A stretch of DNA of 64,000 bases, from positions 1,696,001-1,760,000 of the forward strand of contig OZ219926.1 in NCBI GenBank assembly GCA_964291405.2, written 5' to 3'. Positions 9,717 to 20,306 of this stretch are shown in pieces (position 1 is the first letter of the stretch; every line of letters begins with the position of its first letter). Under the pieces are notes generated by a model. The model saw only the letters and a program-made list of their open reading frames with translations. It was not told the origin of the DNA and searched no databases. The position numbers were made by a program, and so were the translations under genes. The DNA comes from Thermodesulfobacteriota bacterium (lineage in GTDB: Bacteria; Desulfobacterota; Binatia; Bin18).

Positions 9717-10589
9717 TTAGCTGTCGAAGCCCTCAAGAAAACCTCCCAGTCCACTCCGGCGCAGCGCCGCTTCAGAGCTGCCGAACACCTGCGTATACTG
9801 TTCCGGTCTCAAGCCTGTCGTCTGGAGAAAACACGCAACTTCTTCGGCCAGTACGAGCCGGATACGCTGGGACAGCATTTCTGCCAGATTACGATTATTC
9901 CCCACGCTCACCAGAAAATCCCGCACGTTGAGGCCATGCACTCCACCCAGCAGACACGAGAGAAAATAGGCCATCTGATCCTCATTCGGCTTGCGCCGCC
10001 AGGTCTCGGCCGTATTCAGAATGGTGTTGATGCCCGTCTGTTGGCGAATGGGGACCACATCCGGCGTGCCGGTTCCCTTCGGTCCGGGCGCGAGAAAAAT
10101 CAAGGCATAGCCTGCTTTAGCCAATCGAACCGGATGGGGGATGTAGTGGGGCGAGGTATAGCCCGTCATCAGAAAGAGCTGACGCCGATAGGCTGCCAGA
10201 TCATGCGCCTGCTCGGCCGCAAGCTGCCACAGCCACTCGGCCACCCCAAGGCCATGTTTTCGCGCCCACTCAACCAGGGTCAGCATAGCTTCCGGTCGAT
10301 ACCCCTCTCGTTTGACCAGGCGGCCACAGTCTTCCAGCGAGACGCTCAGCCCCAGAGCTTCGACCCTTCCGTCAGGCGCGGTTTGCGGCGAGACGACGGA
10401 GCCTTTCAATGCGGGCTGCTCAAGCTCCAGGTCGGTGGCAAAGCGGTCGCCGTATTTGGAGAGTTTGGCAAAGCCTCGACGACAATTATCCAAAGCCACA
10501 ATGTGGACCGTCCGCATCTGAAACGTGCCAGAAAACGACAGGCCCCGACCGCTCATCAACGAACCATGACCGATGACGGTGACTTCCAT
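9717..10589 (-). CDS. Hypothetical protein with gamma-glutamylcyclotransferase-like N-terminus
   Basis: VIGHGSLM resembles GGCT/ChaC GYGSL; RRGF and REGY motifs; AGGAGAGG RBS. Confidence 0.6.
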   Translation of the reverse strand: MEVTVIGHGSLMSGRGLSFSGTFQMRTVHIVALDNCRRGFAKLSKYGDRFATDLELEQPALKGSVVSPQTAPDGRVEALGLSVSLEDCGRLVKREGYRPEAMLTLVEWARKHGLGVAEWLWQLAAEQAHDLAAYRRQLFLMTGYTSPHYIPHPVRLAKAGYALIFLAPGPKGTGTPDVVPIRQQTGINTILNTAETWRRKPNEDQMAYFLSCLLGGVHGLNVRDFLVSVGNNRNLAEMLSQRIRLVLAEEVACFLQTTGLRPEQYTQVFGSSEAALRRSGLGGFLEGFDS

Positions 10590-10601
10590 GCCTCTCCTAG
10601 C

Positions 10602-11618
10602 CTAGCGGGTCCCGACGGGCCGGAAAAGTCGGGCTGCCGGAGATGTACCTTTCTCATCTTCTGCGGGGGGAGAAAACTCATGCACAATGATGTCTGAGGC
10701 TTCGACCTTGCGGACCGCCGTCCAGTCATGGTCGGGCAGGACAAGAAGTTCCGGAACGAGATCCTTGAATTTCTTGAGGCGCCAGATTTTTTCCCACCAC
10801 AGCTCGCGCTGAAAGGCCAGACCTGGCATCCAGGCATAGCGCGCCTGACTGTGTGTCCAGGCCAGATTGCCACACAGGAGAACGGGCTGGTCGGGCAGGC
10901 GGACAAGGACGGCAAGCCCGCCAGCGGTTGCGCCGGTAACGTCAATCAGCTCGATACTGCCATCCCCAAAGAGGTCATGGCTCCTGGCAAAAGTCCCAAG
11001 TGGCGTAGCAGCGGAAAAATCAACAAATTGCCATTTCTCAACTTGATCAAATTCATCCGCCATGTACAGGCCGAGAGGGTGGCTGCTCAGCGCGGCGACG
11101 TGTTCCTCGCGCGTCACCACAGCAGCCACTTGAGACAGACTCTCCAGCTCACCGGTATGATCGAGTCGCAGGTCGGGCAGAATCACGAACTTCACCCTTT
11201 CCGCTGAGAGCTGGGCAGTCTTGAACTGGGAGAGAATATCCTGGCCGGGCTGCATGTCCGCCTGGCCAAAGATCGAGCGGACTGGTCCTAAGTAACGCGG
11301 CGCATCTTCCGCCAGCCCTCGGTTCAACCCGGTGCCGACCAGGACCAGACCCTGCTTGGGATGCTCGATGCCAAACACCAGTATATTGAGGGTGTGCTGC
11401 TGCGGGAGGCTACCGTCTTGGTAGACGATCCGGCTGGAGACCGCTATCGAGCCTGTATCAAAGACGTGCAATTTGGTTCCACTCACGCCTCGGTACTGTT
11501 CCGGCCAGTTCTGTAGAATCGGCTCGATATAAGGCAGCCGGAGCGGCTCGTCGCAGGCCACACCCAATATCAATACACAAACGATGAGCAAACGAATAAC
11601 AGAGAGAGAAGACAGCAT
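10602..11618 (-). CDS. Metallo-beta-lactamase-fold (AHL-lactonase-like) lipoprotein with degenerate metal ligands
   Basis: GVAC lipobox; DLRLDHTG where HxHxDH is expected, DLFGDGSI, GATAG, LCGN, PDHD. Confidence 0.75.
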   Translation of the reverse strand: MLSSLSVIRLLIVCVLILGVACDEPLRLPYIEPILQNWPEQYRGVSGTKLHVFDTGSIAVSSRIVYQDGSLPQQHTLNILVFGIEHPKQGLVLVGTGLNRGLAEDAPRYLGPVRSIFGQADMQPGQDILSQFKTAQLSAERVKFVILPDLRLDHTGELESLSQVAAVVTREEHVAALSSHPLGLYMADEFDQVEKWQFVDFSAATPLGTFARSHDLFGDGSIELIDVTGATAGGLAVLVRLPDQPVLLCGNLAWTHSQARYAWMPGLAFQRELWWEKIWRLKKFKDLVPELLVLPDHDWTAVRKVEASDIIVHEFSPPAEDEKGTSPAARLFRPVGTR

Positions 11619-11829
11619 TGTCGTGAGGCCAAGGCTGGGGCAGCATCTCAAACCTGGGCTATCCACTAGCACTAGCAGTTCACACGCAGTCTTGCACCTC
11701 CGTAAAATCAGGAGAGGCCGCCGCTCTCAAACGGAAAGTTTCACCTTCTCTTGTGAGTTGACCTGGGAAAGGCTGTCAACTATGGTGTGAGCGCCTTTTT
11801 CAAGGAGCACGGGGACTAAGGATTCTCGC

Positions 11830-13233
11830 ATGGACTGGCCACCAGGCACCGAGGAGCGGAGTGCACTCGCTGAGGTCGAAGCGAGACTGCACAGGCTTCA
11901 GGCGCGTTTTAACCTCTATACCGCTCAACACCGCTTCTACGGTATTGGGACGGTGTTCGCTCTCGGCTTTGCGCTTTTTACTTTTTTGGCCTTCTCACTC
12001 TCTTCGTTCTGGTTCATCTTGGCGGCCTGGCCGCTCCTCGCCCTGGCCGGTTATGTCTGTTTTCGGTTTCTCCGCCAAGGGGTAGCGGACTGGACCAATC
12101 TGCACACCGCCTCCCGTCGGATCGACCTCCAGGCTGGGCTCAAACAGCGCCTGTCAACGCTGACAGCCCAGATTCTGGCGAACCCCTTCAATGGCCCTCC
12201 GGCTTCCCGCTTATGGACCTATCTTCTCCGCGATAATATGGACCGGTTGTCGCTGTGGGAGGTCAAAAAGGTCGCGCCACGGCGTATTCCCTGGAGCGTC
12301 CTGCCTTTTCTCGCCGCTCTGGCGTTCGCCTTCCTGGTGGCCTCCGTCCCGTTGCTGTCACCCGCGTCTGAACCCGAACCTTTCTCACTGACCAATCTTG
12401 AACTGATTTCCTCCGAGTTGCCTGAACGCACGGGACAGCTGGTGGACAAACGTCTGTCCATACCACCGGAAGACTTCACCGCTCGGCCATTGGACTCGCT
12501 GCCTGTTGGTGAGACATTGTCTGAGCAAGCAGACAGCCGGATGAGCTTGCAGGATCACGCAGCAGAAGAAGGTCTGGGACAGGAGCTGCTGGAACTGGCG
12601 TCTCTGCCCGAAGACCTCCAGCAAGCCCTGCGAACGGCGCTGCAAGGACTCCAGGAGTCTCAGTTGTCTCTTGACGAACAGAACGCTGCCGAGGGACGTC
12701 ACCTCCTCAACGATGAACAAGCACAGGATGTACACTCTGAGCAGCAGGCGGGGGATGCCGGCCAGCAGGCTCTTGGCGAGGGCCAGGCCGGGCAGGGTGC
12801 CGAGCGAACTGCGGCGGGCAGCCAGCAAGCTCCCGAACAGGGCAGCGGCCTCCAAAAGCTCAAACAAGCGCGTCTTGATCGGCGGAAAGCGGCAGGAGCC
12901 TTTCAATCCGCCAACCCCCAGCTTCCCCGCCGGGGGGGTCAGGCTGGCCGGGGTGGTATGGGGGCAGGGACGGGCACAGACCGACGCCTGTACGGCAACG
13001 AGGCCAATCTTGGGGGCACGCCTCAGACCTTCAGTCTGTCCCTTGATGCCAGTTTTGAGAAGAGCCATACCGGTCACGAGATTGTCAAAGATGAGGGCGG
13101 CGGGGTGATTATCAAGTCCACCAGCCAACTCAGCGCAAACCAAGCCTTGGACGATGCCATCCGAAATGCCCAGATTCCACCTGAATATGAGGACATTGTG
13201 AAACAGCTGTTTTCCCGGGGGACAGTACAGTGA
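11830..13233 (+). CDS. Membrane protein with Gln/Gly-rich linker, first gene of the MoxR operon
   Basis: 3 TM segments, GLKQRLST, GAGTG, C-terminal IPPEYEDIVKQLF typical of MoxR-linked proteins. Confidence 0.75.
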   Translation: MDWPPGTEERSALAEVEARLHRLQARFNLYTAQHRFYGIGTVFALGFALFTFLAFSLSSFWFILAAWPLLALAGYVCFRFLRQGVADWTNLHTASRRIDLQAGLKQRLSTLTAQILANPFNGPPASRLWTYLLRDNMDRLSLWEVKKVAPRRIPWSVLPFLAALAFAFLVASVPLLSPASEPEPFSLTNLELISSELPERTGQLVDKRLSIPPEDFTARPLDSLPVGETLSEQADSRMSLQDHAAEEGLGQELLELASLPEDLQQALRTALQGLQESQLSLDEQNAAEGRHLLNDEQAQDVHSEQQAGDAGQQALGEGQAGQGAERTAAGSQQAPEQGSGLQKLKQARLDRRKAAGAFQSANPQLPRRGGQAGRGGMGAGTGTDRRLYGNEANLGGTPQTFSLSLDASFEKSHTGHEIVKDEGGGVIIKSTSQLSANQALDDAIRNAQIPPEYEDIVKQLFSRGTVQ

Positions 13234-14333
13234 GTGAAACGCCAAAAGGAGCAAACGTATCAACATCTCAGCATGTATTGGAGAATACGTTTACTCCTTC
13301 AACCGATCTTGTTCTTGAATTTCAGGATATCTTTCAGCGGATTCAGGCCGAATTGGCCAAGGCTATTATCGGCCATGAGGAACTTATTCAAAATATTCTG
13401 ATCGCCTTTTTTGCCGGTGGCCATGTGCTGATCGAGGGCGTACCAGGAACGGGCAAAACGCTTTTGGTGCGTTCGCTCGCCCGCGTCCTGAATCTCAGCT
13501 TTAGCCGGATTCAGTTCACCGTGGACCTGATGCCCGCAGACGTGACCGGCACCCGTATGGTTGTGGATCAAGACGACGGCCGGCGCGATTTCGTCTTTGC
13601 TGAAGGGCCGATTTTTTCTCACGTGCTGCTGGCGGATGAGATCAACCGCTCCACTCCCAAAACCCAGGCCGCACTGCTCGAAGCCATGGCCGAACTCCAG
13701 GTCACAGTGGCCGGCACAACCTATCAACTGCACCCACCCTTTTTCGTGCTGGCGACGCTCAACCCGATCGAAATGGAAGGCACCTATCCGCTGCCCGAAG
13801 CCCAGCTTGACCGCTTCTTTTTTAAGGTTCGCCTGACCTATCCCACCCACCACGAGGTCCGACGCATTATCAGCTCAACCACCACCACGACTGAGCCAGA
13901 GATTCATCCCGTTTTTTCCGAAACGGAAGCTGCCGAAAAGATTATGGCGTTTCGGCATCTGGTCCGCGATGTCCTGGTCGCCCCCCATATTGAAGAGTAT
14001 ATCGCGGCCCTGATTCATGCCACGCTGCCGGCGGACGCGCTATATATGAATCAGACCGATACGGCCGAGGTAACCTTGCCGAAAGACGACTTGGTGAGCC
14101 GCTATGTCAATTTCGGCTCAAGCCCGCGGGGTGGCCAGACCCTGATGCTGGGCGCGAAAGTCGCCGCCCTGCTCGATGGGCGGGTCAACGTTAGCTACGA
14201 CGATGTTGACCAAGTCATGATACCGGCCCTCAATCATCGGCTGGTACTCAATTTTGCCGCTGAAGCAGAGAATATTGACCCGGCCTCGATCATTGAGCGT
14301 ATTCTTCAGTCCGCCAAAAAAATCCAACGATAG
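13230..14333 (+). CDS. moxR: MoxR family AAA+ ATPase
   Basis: GVPGTGKT, RIQFTVDLMPAD, LLADEINR, GTYPLPEAQLDRF. Confidence 0.95.
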   Translation: MSETPKGANVSTSQHVLENTFTPSTDLVLEFQDIFQRIQAELAKAIIGHEELIQNILIAFFAGGHVLIEGVPGTGKTLLVRSLARVLNLSFSRIQFTVDLMPADVTGTRMVVDQDDGRRDFVFAEGPIFSHVLLADEINRSTPKTQAALLEAMAELQVTVAGTTYQLHPPFFVLATLNPIEMEGTYPLPEAQLDRFFFKVRLTYPTHHEVRRIISSTTTTTEPEIHPVFSETEAAEKIMAFRHLVRDVLVAPHIEEYIAALIHATLPADALYMNQTDTAEVTLPKDDLVSRYVNFGSSPRGGQTLMLGAKVAALLDGRVNVSYDDVDQVMIPALNHRLVLNFAAEAENIDPASIIERILQSAKKIQR

Positions 14334-14347
14334 GAATAGGGCCGCGC

Positions 14348-15247
14348 GTGAGTCTGACCGATCCCGCCTTTTTCAAGCAGCTTGACCGCCTGCGTATGCG
14401 TGTCCGCGCAGCACGCGGCCACCGTCCTGGGGAGACGCCCATTCCACGCACGAGCCAGGCCTGGGGCGTAGAATTCGAGTCCTACAAAGACTATTCGCCC
14501 GGCGATGATTTTCGCTATTTAGACTGGAATGCTGCCGGGCGACTCGATCAGCTGCTAGTCAAGACGTTTACGGCTGAAAGGGAAATCCCGTTTCATCTCA
14601 TTCTCGACACCAGTGCGTCGATGGGCGCCCCTGCCGGAGACGAGAAATTTGCCCATGCCGTGGACCTGGTCACGGCGCTCAGCTATATCGTACTCTCCAG
14701 TAATAATACGCTCCGGATCGCTGCTCTGTCTGCGCCCCCGCGCCCTTTTCTGGCAACACCCTTCTTACGTCATCGCAACCGTTTTCTTCGCGTCTCCCCG
14801 TTTTTGGAAGCGCTGACACCGAGCGGGAAGACCTACCTCAGAGAGTCTGTTCAGTCGTATATTCGGCAGACCAAAGAGCCGGGTGTGGTCATCCTGGTTT
14901 CGGACTTTCTGACCCGACCCGCACAGTATGAAGCCGCCCTGCTCTTTCTGATCGCACGGGGCTATGAAGTCAAAGCCATTCAGGTGCTGGGCGAGAGCGA
15001 GCTTCGCCCGGAACGTCTTTTTCGGCGCGGCAAGCTCTACGACGTCGAAGAGCAGACCGAACGCTGGGTCACCCTCAGCCGGGCCAACCTTGAGAAATAT
15101 CATCACGCCCTATCGCTCCATTGTGACGCGCTCCAACAGTTCTGTCATAGACATCGGGTGCTCTATACGCGTCTCTCCAGCGCGCAGCCTATCACCGAAA
15201 CGGTGACGGAGGCACTCGCCCAGGTGGGACTCGTCACCCTTCACTGA
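14348..15247 (+). CDS. DUF58 domain protein
   Basis: EFESYKDYSPGDDFRYLDWN, LDTSASM, VSDF. Confidence 0.92.
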   Translation: MSLTDPAFFKQLDRLRMRVRAARGHRPGETPIPRTSQAWGVEFESYKDYSPGDDFRYLDWNAAGRLDQLLVKTFTAEREIPFHLILDTSASMGAPAGDEKFAHAVDLVTALSYIVLSSNNTLRIAALSAPPRPFLATPFLRHRNRFLRVSPFLEALTPSGKTYLRESVQSYIRQTKEPGVVILVSDFLTRPAQYEAALLFLIARGYEVKAIQVLGESELRPERLFRRGKLYDVEEQTERWVTLSRANLEKYHHALSLHCDALQQFCHRHRVLYTRLSSAQPITETVTEALAQVGLVTLH

Positions 15248-15263
15248 GCATCTTCTGCGGCGT

Positions 15264-17147
15264 ATGGGCATCCTCAATCCAGCGGCCTTACCGTTCGTTT
15301 CCCTGCTCGGCGTTCTGCTCCTGATCTATCTGCGCCAGCGGACCCGCACCCGTATTGAAGTCCCCAGCCTCCTGTTCTGGACAGACGTTCCAGAAGATCG
15401 TGTGCGGTCCAGACGCTTCCGGCCCGACCTCCTCTTTCTCCTTCAGATCCTGCTCCTCCTGCTACTGATTGGGGGATTACTGCATCCGTACTGGTCACGC
15501 ACGGTGACCGAAACGCGCGGAGACCGGCAGATTCTCGTCTTCGATCTGTCGGCGAGCATGCAGGCTTACGAAAACGGCGTCCGTCGATTTGACCTGGCCC
15601 TGGACCAAGCCAAAGATGTACTCCATGATCTGGCACCGCTTGACGAAGTCATGCTCATCGGCATTGCGGCCCGACCCCAGGTCATCAGCGGTTTTACCAC
15701 AGACCATCGTTTGGTGTTGCACCGCCTCGAAGGCCTCCGGCCGCAGGATACGGGCACCCAGTTGGAGCTGGGCATCGAACTCGCCCTCGTTCAGCGTGAC
15801 CGGGCCGGACGTCAGGCCCAGATCCATGTTTTTACCGACCTGCCGTCCAACCAGTTGAGTCTGTCAGAGACACAGCAACAGGCGTTGACCTATCATCGTG
15901 TGGGTGAGACAGACGACAATATGGCTTTGGCCTCGGTCCACGTCTACCAGAATCCCTTCCAGGACTACTCCCAGGCCCAGGCCTATATTCTCGTTCGCAA
16001 TTACGCCAATCGCACAAAAACGGCGACGTTGCGCGTCGAACTCAATGGCCAGGCAGTCTTTCAGGAAGCATTCAGCCTCTCGGCCAACAACACCCGCTCG
16101 TTCTCTTTAGGAGGTTTTACCGGGCCGGGGCAGCTTGCCGTTCATCTTGAGTCCGAGGATGCCTTAGCCGTCGACAATCACGCCCTCAACTGGGTGGCTG
16201 AACGCCGTTCGTGGCAATTAGTCCTGGTCTCTCCGGCTGCTCACCTGCACCAGGAAGTCCAGCAGCTCAGTCGTGCATTACCCGGCGTGACGCTGCATAG
16301 CACCATGCCCGAGGACTTCTCGCCCACTCAAGTGAGCGAACAGGATGTCGTCCTTTTCCACCAGTTTGTTCCAGACGGGGTCGTTCCCGCCAATAGCCTC
16401 TACATCTTTCCACCAGTTGAAAACTCGCTCTTTCCTGTGCTGACCGAGGCCGCGGACCTGACAATTCTGGACTGGAACGACGAGCACGAAATTTTACATA
16501 ACCTACAATATGTTGAGGCCCTGCCGTTCAAGCAGGCTCGTATCCTCGCCCTCCCCTCCTGGGCCCAGGTGCTTATTTCCTCAAAGACCAACCACGGCGA
16601 GATCCCGCTTGCTCTGACCGGAGAGAGGGATGGCCAGCGTATTGTCTGCCTGGCCTTTGATCTCGGTGCGGGAAATCTTACCGACTCGGACAATCTGACC
16701 CTGCTCGTCCTCTTTCTCAATGCCCTGCGCTGGCTGCGCCCGCCCAACCCGCTCGACCCTCACATGTTGCCCGCCGGAGACGTGTTCTTTCTCCCCACAG
16801 ACGCTCCCCTTGACGGCGCACGCCTCTCCACGCCTCAAACTGAAGTGCAGGTCCTTGAAGCCGACACCGTGCCGCTCGATCAGGTGGGCATCTACCGGAT
16901 TGAGACTGATACCTATCATGCGGAACTGTACGCTAATCTTTTTGACGAAGCCGAGTCCAACATTGGCCGACAGATCGTGGACGAGACACAGCCATCCGTG
17001 TCGCCGGGGGTTCGTACCTCACCCGAAGCCGTACAGCGCGAAATTCCGGTCGAGTTTGGCCAGAGCCTGTACTGGCTGGCCGCTCTTCTACTCTTTGGTG
17101 AGTGGCTCTACGCCTTGTGGCGCTCTCCGCTGGAGGGTGTGTCATGA
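15264..17147 (+). CDS. BatA/VWA domain membrane protein
   Basis: BatA N-terminus (PSLLFW), DLSASM MIDAS, FTD, C-terminal EW TM anchor. Confidence 0.88.
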   Translation: MGILNPAALPFVSLLGVLLLIYLRQRTRTRIEVPSLLFWTDVPEDRVRSRRFRPDLLFLLQILLLLLLIGGLLHPYWSRTVTETRGDRQILVFDLSASMQAYENGVRRFDLALDQAKDVLHDLAPLDEVMLIGIAARPQVISGFTTDHRLVLHRLEGLRPQDTGTQLELGIELALVQRDRAGRQAQIHVFTDLPSNQLSLSETQQQALTYHRVGETDDNMALASVHVYQNPFQDYSQAQAYILVRNYANRTKTATLRVELNGQAVFQEAFSLSANNTRSFSLGGFTGPGQLAVHLESEDALAVDNHALNWVAERRSWQLVLVSPAAHLHQEVQQLSRALPGVTLHSTMPEDFSPTQVSEQDVVLFHQFVPDGVVPANSLYIFPPVENSLFPVLTEAADLTILDWNDEHEILHNLQYVEALPFKQARILALPSWAQVLISSKTNHGEIPLALTGERDGQRIVCLAFDLGAGNLTDSDNLTLLVLFLNALRWLRPPNPLDPHMLPAGDVFFLPTDAPLDGARLSTPQTEVQVLEADTVPLDQVGIYRIETDTYHAELYANLFDEAESNIGRQIVDETQPSVSPGVRTSPEAVQREIPVEFGQSLYWLAALLLFGEWLYALWRSPLEGVS

Positions 17148-19795
17148 CCGCGGAAGTTTTTGGCCAGGCGTACACGATTCTGTCGCCGAAGTTCTTGTGG
17201 CTGCTGCTGCTGCTGCCCCTGCTGTGGCTGCCCTTACACGGCCGCTCCCAGCGACGCGTGCTCCTGGGCGCAGCGCTCCTGAGAACGGTGGCCGCTCTCC
17301 TGCTTATTCTGGCTCTGGCCGGTCTGAGCCATCAGACCATTCTGTCCGATCAGCGCTTAGCCGTTGTGGCGGCTGTTGATACCTCAGACAGTATGGCCGC
17401 AGAAGCCCGGACCTGGATGCAGACCTATCTGGATCAACTCAAAGAAGCGCTCTCGGCACAAGATGAGTTCGCCATTCTCTCATTTGCAGCGGATACTCAG
17501 CTCGTTCTCGCTCCCGGTCCGGCAGCCCAGGCGCTCCTGCCCGAGTCGCTACCGTCGTCTGACCGCGCAACCAGTACCAATATTGCGCAAGCGCTTGAAC
17601 GCTCCTTTGCCCTGTATCCCGAGGGGGCGGAAAAACGTCTCCTCCTCCTGACCGACGGCAACGAGACAACGGGCATGGCCCGCCAGACCGTCGCCGCAGC
17701 CCGTCAAATGGGCATCGCCATTTATCCGGTCATTCCCCCCGGCGGACAACAGGCCGAAGTCTCCCTGGAAAAATTCGTGGTTCCGCCGTTGACCCGTGAG
17801 GGCAGCGTCTTTGATATGCGCCTCGTTGTCCGCAACGGCCATGGCCAGCCGGTTCCGGGCAGGGCGGACATCTATGCCGACGACCGGCTCCTGACCCGTC
17901 AGGCGGTGAGTCTGGAACCCGGCCTGTCGGTTCTGGAAATTCCCGCTCAAATCCTTCAGCGTGGGAACTATCTGCTGCGAGCCGAGGTTCAGACGGACGC
18001 CGATACCATCACCGGGAACAACACCCAGAGTACAAGTCTGGCCGTTGCCGGGAAAACGCGTGCCCTGGTCATTACCGACAACCCCAAGACCCACCTGGCA
18101 CACGCCCTGCGCCTCAAAGAAGTGGATATTGAGTTCCGACGTCCCGAGGGTCTGCCAACCAGTCTGCCTCGGCTGCTCGACTATAATAGCGTGGTCTTTG
18201 ACGACATTGGCCGCAAAGACGTGACACAGCGCCAGATGACCGCCATCGAGCGCTATGTCCGCGACTTTGGTGGGGGCTTTCTCATGGCCGGCGGGACGCG
18301 GACGTTTGGAACGCTCGACTATCAAAACTCCGCCATAGAACGGCTCTTGCCGGTCTCCTTTCACGAGCAGCGTCCGCAGAAAAAGAAGCGGATTCCGATC
18401 GCCCTCTTTTTATTGATCGATCGCTCAAACAGCATGGGCTACAACAGCCGCGTGCGCGGTCTGCACGACGGTCAAAAGATGGAGTATGCGCAGAAGGCGG
18501 CCATCGCTGTCCTGGGTCAACTCAAAAACACCGATCTGGCGGGCGCCATTGCCTTTGACTCAGAAGCCTATGCCCTGTCCGCATTAAGGCGGCTGTCACA
18601 GAACCGCTCGACGCTACGGAGTCGCATCGGGCGCCTCCGGTATGGCGGCGGGACGGATTTCTATAACGCCCTGGAAGCTGCGGCCGATCAGTTGAGTCGG
18701 AGTCGGCGATCCATTCGGCATATTATTCTCCTCACGGATGGCGATACTAACCGCAGCCCGAACGATCATTATCCTCTGATCAAAACCATTGCCCAGCGCC
18801 AGATCTCGATTACGACCATTCGGATTGGGAGCGATACCGTTAACCTGCAACTCCTGTCGTATATGTCGGAAAAAACGGGCGGGCGCTTCTACCATGTTGA
18901 AGACGCCACCATGCTGCCCCAACTCTTGGTGCGGGACACCCGTCAGACCCTGCGCCGGCAAGGTCAGGAAGACGAGGGCCCTAAGGATATCGTCCCCCAG
19001 GTCGGCGTCCGGGGACAAATTTTACGCGGCTTGTCCGACTTCCCGGCCCTGGACGAATATATGCTGACCAAGCCCAAGAAGCGGGCGAACGTCCAGCTCT
19101 ATACCGACGTCCACGGCGAACAGGACCCGCTCCTGGCCACCTGGCAGTACGGTCTGGGCAAGGTCGTTGTCGTGCCGTTTGATCCGAGCGGCGCCGGCTC
19201 AGGAGACTGGATACGCTGGGAACGCTTCGGGAAATTCTGGTCTCAGGCGGTTCGCTGGGCCATGCGGAATGAAACACCGCTGGACTATCGACTGAGCGCA
19301 ACCAAGCGCGGCGAACGCACGATCCTCCGGGTCGAATCCTTTGACAATACGGAGGACAGCATCCTCCAGGCCCGCCTAGCCAGCGGAACCCGAAGCGAGA
19401 CTCTAACCCTCATGCCGGTTGCCCCGCGTATCTCCGAAGCCGTCCTGCCCGCTCGCTATACGGGCAACGTCCCTGTCACCATCGTCAAACGCAGAGGCAA
19501 TACGATTCTGAATCAGCGGAGTCAGACGGTTCTGGTTGGACAAGAAGTGGACGGCGCGTTGAGAGAATATCGCCAGCAACAGCCCAACCGGCCCTTGCTG
19601 CACGCCCTGGCCGAAGGAACGGGCGGCAGCCTCAACCCGACGTTTGACGAACTCACTTCCCACGTCCGGGGCGGCCGGAAAGTCCTCCTCCACCCGCTCG
19701 AAAATACCCTTATTGTCATCGCCCTCTTCTTCCTCCTGGCCGACATCGCCCTGCGGGTTTTGTTCGGCCCACCGCCCGAGACCTCACCGCTCTGA
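17144..19795 (+). CDS. Double VWA plus glutamine-amidotransferase-like domain membrane protein
   Basis: DTSDSM and DRSNSM MIDAS motifs, LTDG twice, GGGFLMAGG, WQYGLGK. Confidence 0.88.
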   Translation: MTAEVFGQAYTILSPKFLWLLLLLPLLWLPLHGRSQRRVLLGAALLRTVAALLLILALAGLSHQTILSDQRLAVVAAVDTSDSMAAEARTWMQTYLDQLKEALSAQDEFAILSFAADTQLVLAPGPAAQALLPESLPSSDRATSTNIAQALERSFALYPEGAEKRLLLLTDGNETTGMARQTVAAARQMGIAIYPVIPPGGQQAEVSLEKFVVPPLTREGSVFDMRLVVRNGHGQPVPGRADIYADDRLLTRQAVSLEPGLSVLEIPAQILQRGNYLLRAEVQTDADTITGNNTQSTSLAVAGKTRALVITDNPKTHLAHALRLKEVDIEFRRPEGLPTSLPRLLDYNSVVFDDIGRKDVTQRQMTAIERYVRDFGGGFLMAGGTRTFGTLDYQNSAIERLLPVSFHEQRPQKKKRIPIALFLLIDRSNSMGYNSRVRGLHDGQKMEYAQKAAIAVLGQLKNTDLAGAIAFDSEAYALSALRRLSQNRSTLRSRIGRLRYGGGTDFYNALEAAADQLSRSRRSIRHIILLTDGDTNRSPNDHYPLIKTIAQRQISITTIRIGSDTVNLQLLSYMSEKTGGRFYHVEDATMLPQLLVRDTRQTLRRQGQEDEGPKDIVPQVGVRGQILRGLSDFPALDEYMLTKPKKRANVQLYTDVHGEQDPLLATWQYGLGKVVVVPFDPSGAGSGDWIRWERFGKFWSQAVRWAMRNETPLDYRLSATKRGERTILRVESFDNTEDSILQARLASGTRSETLTLMPVAPRISEAVLPARYTGNVPVTIVKRRGNTILNQRSQTVLVGQEVDGALREYRQQQPNRPLLHALAEGTGGSLNPTFDELTSHVRGGRKVLLHPLENTLIVIALFFLLADIALRVLFGPPPETSPL

Positions 19796-19909
19796 TTTTC
19801 TTGATAAGCAACCATCCAGGGAAAGAATGCACATGCGGTGTGGTAGTGGCCGGGGAGTTTTCCAGCTATGTATAACCGCCGTGGGACAACAACCTAGCGG
19901 AAGCCGTCT

Positions 19910-20248
19910 ATGCCGATTGCCAGAAACAATATGACCACGACCCCCGCAGTTCCGGGTCGCACCATTCAGGAAGCGCTTGGCATTGTCAGCGCCGAGTGTG
20001 TTTTGGGTATCAACGTCTTTCGGGATATGCTCGGAGGCCTGCGGGACTTTTTTGGAGGCCGAAGCGGCACCCACCAAAAAGCGCTACGGGAAGCCAAGGA
20101 CACCTGCCTGGAAGAACTCGCAGAGCAAGCCTCGCAGCTCGGTGCCGATGCGGTTGTCGGTGTCGATATGGATTACAGCGAAATCAGCGGCGGAGGAAAA
20201 GGCATGTTGTTGCTGGTCGCGACTGGAACGGCAGTTCGGCTGAAATAG
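19910..20248 (+). CDS. YbjQ/UPF0145 family protein
   Basis: TTTP, GINVFRD, GGRS, GADAVVGVDMDY, ATGTAV. Confidence 0.9.
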   Translation: MPIARNNMTTTPAVPGRTIQEALGIVSAECVLGINVFRDMLGGLRDFFGGRSGTHQKALREAKDTCLEELAEQASQLGADAVVGVDMDYSEISGGGKGMLLLVATGTAVRLK

Positions 20249-20306
20249 CGACTGAGAGATTCCCTGCCGAAACCCGAGAGAGAACCATACCAGAAAAGAT
20301 TGTACA

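Noticed and set aside
19834-19879. Imperfect hairpin upstream of the YbjQ-family gene as a riboswitch
   Set aside because: Pairing is patchy and matches no aptamer I recognise
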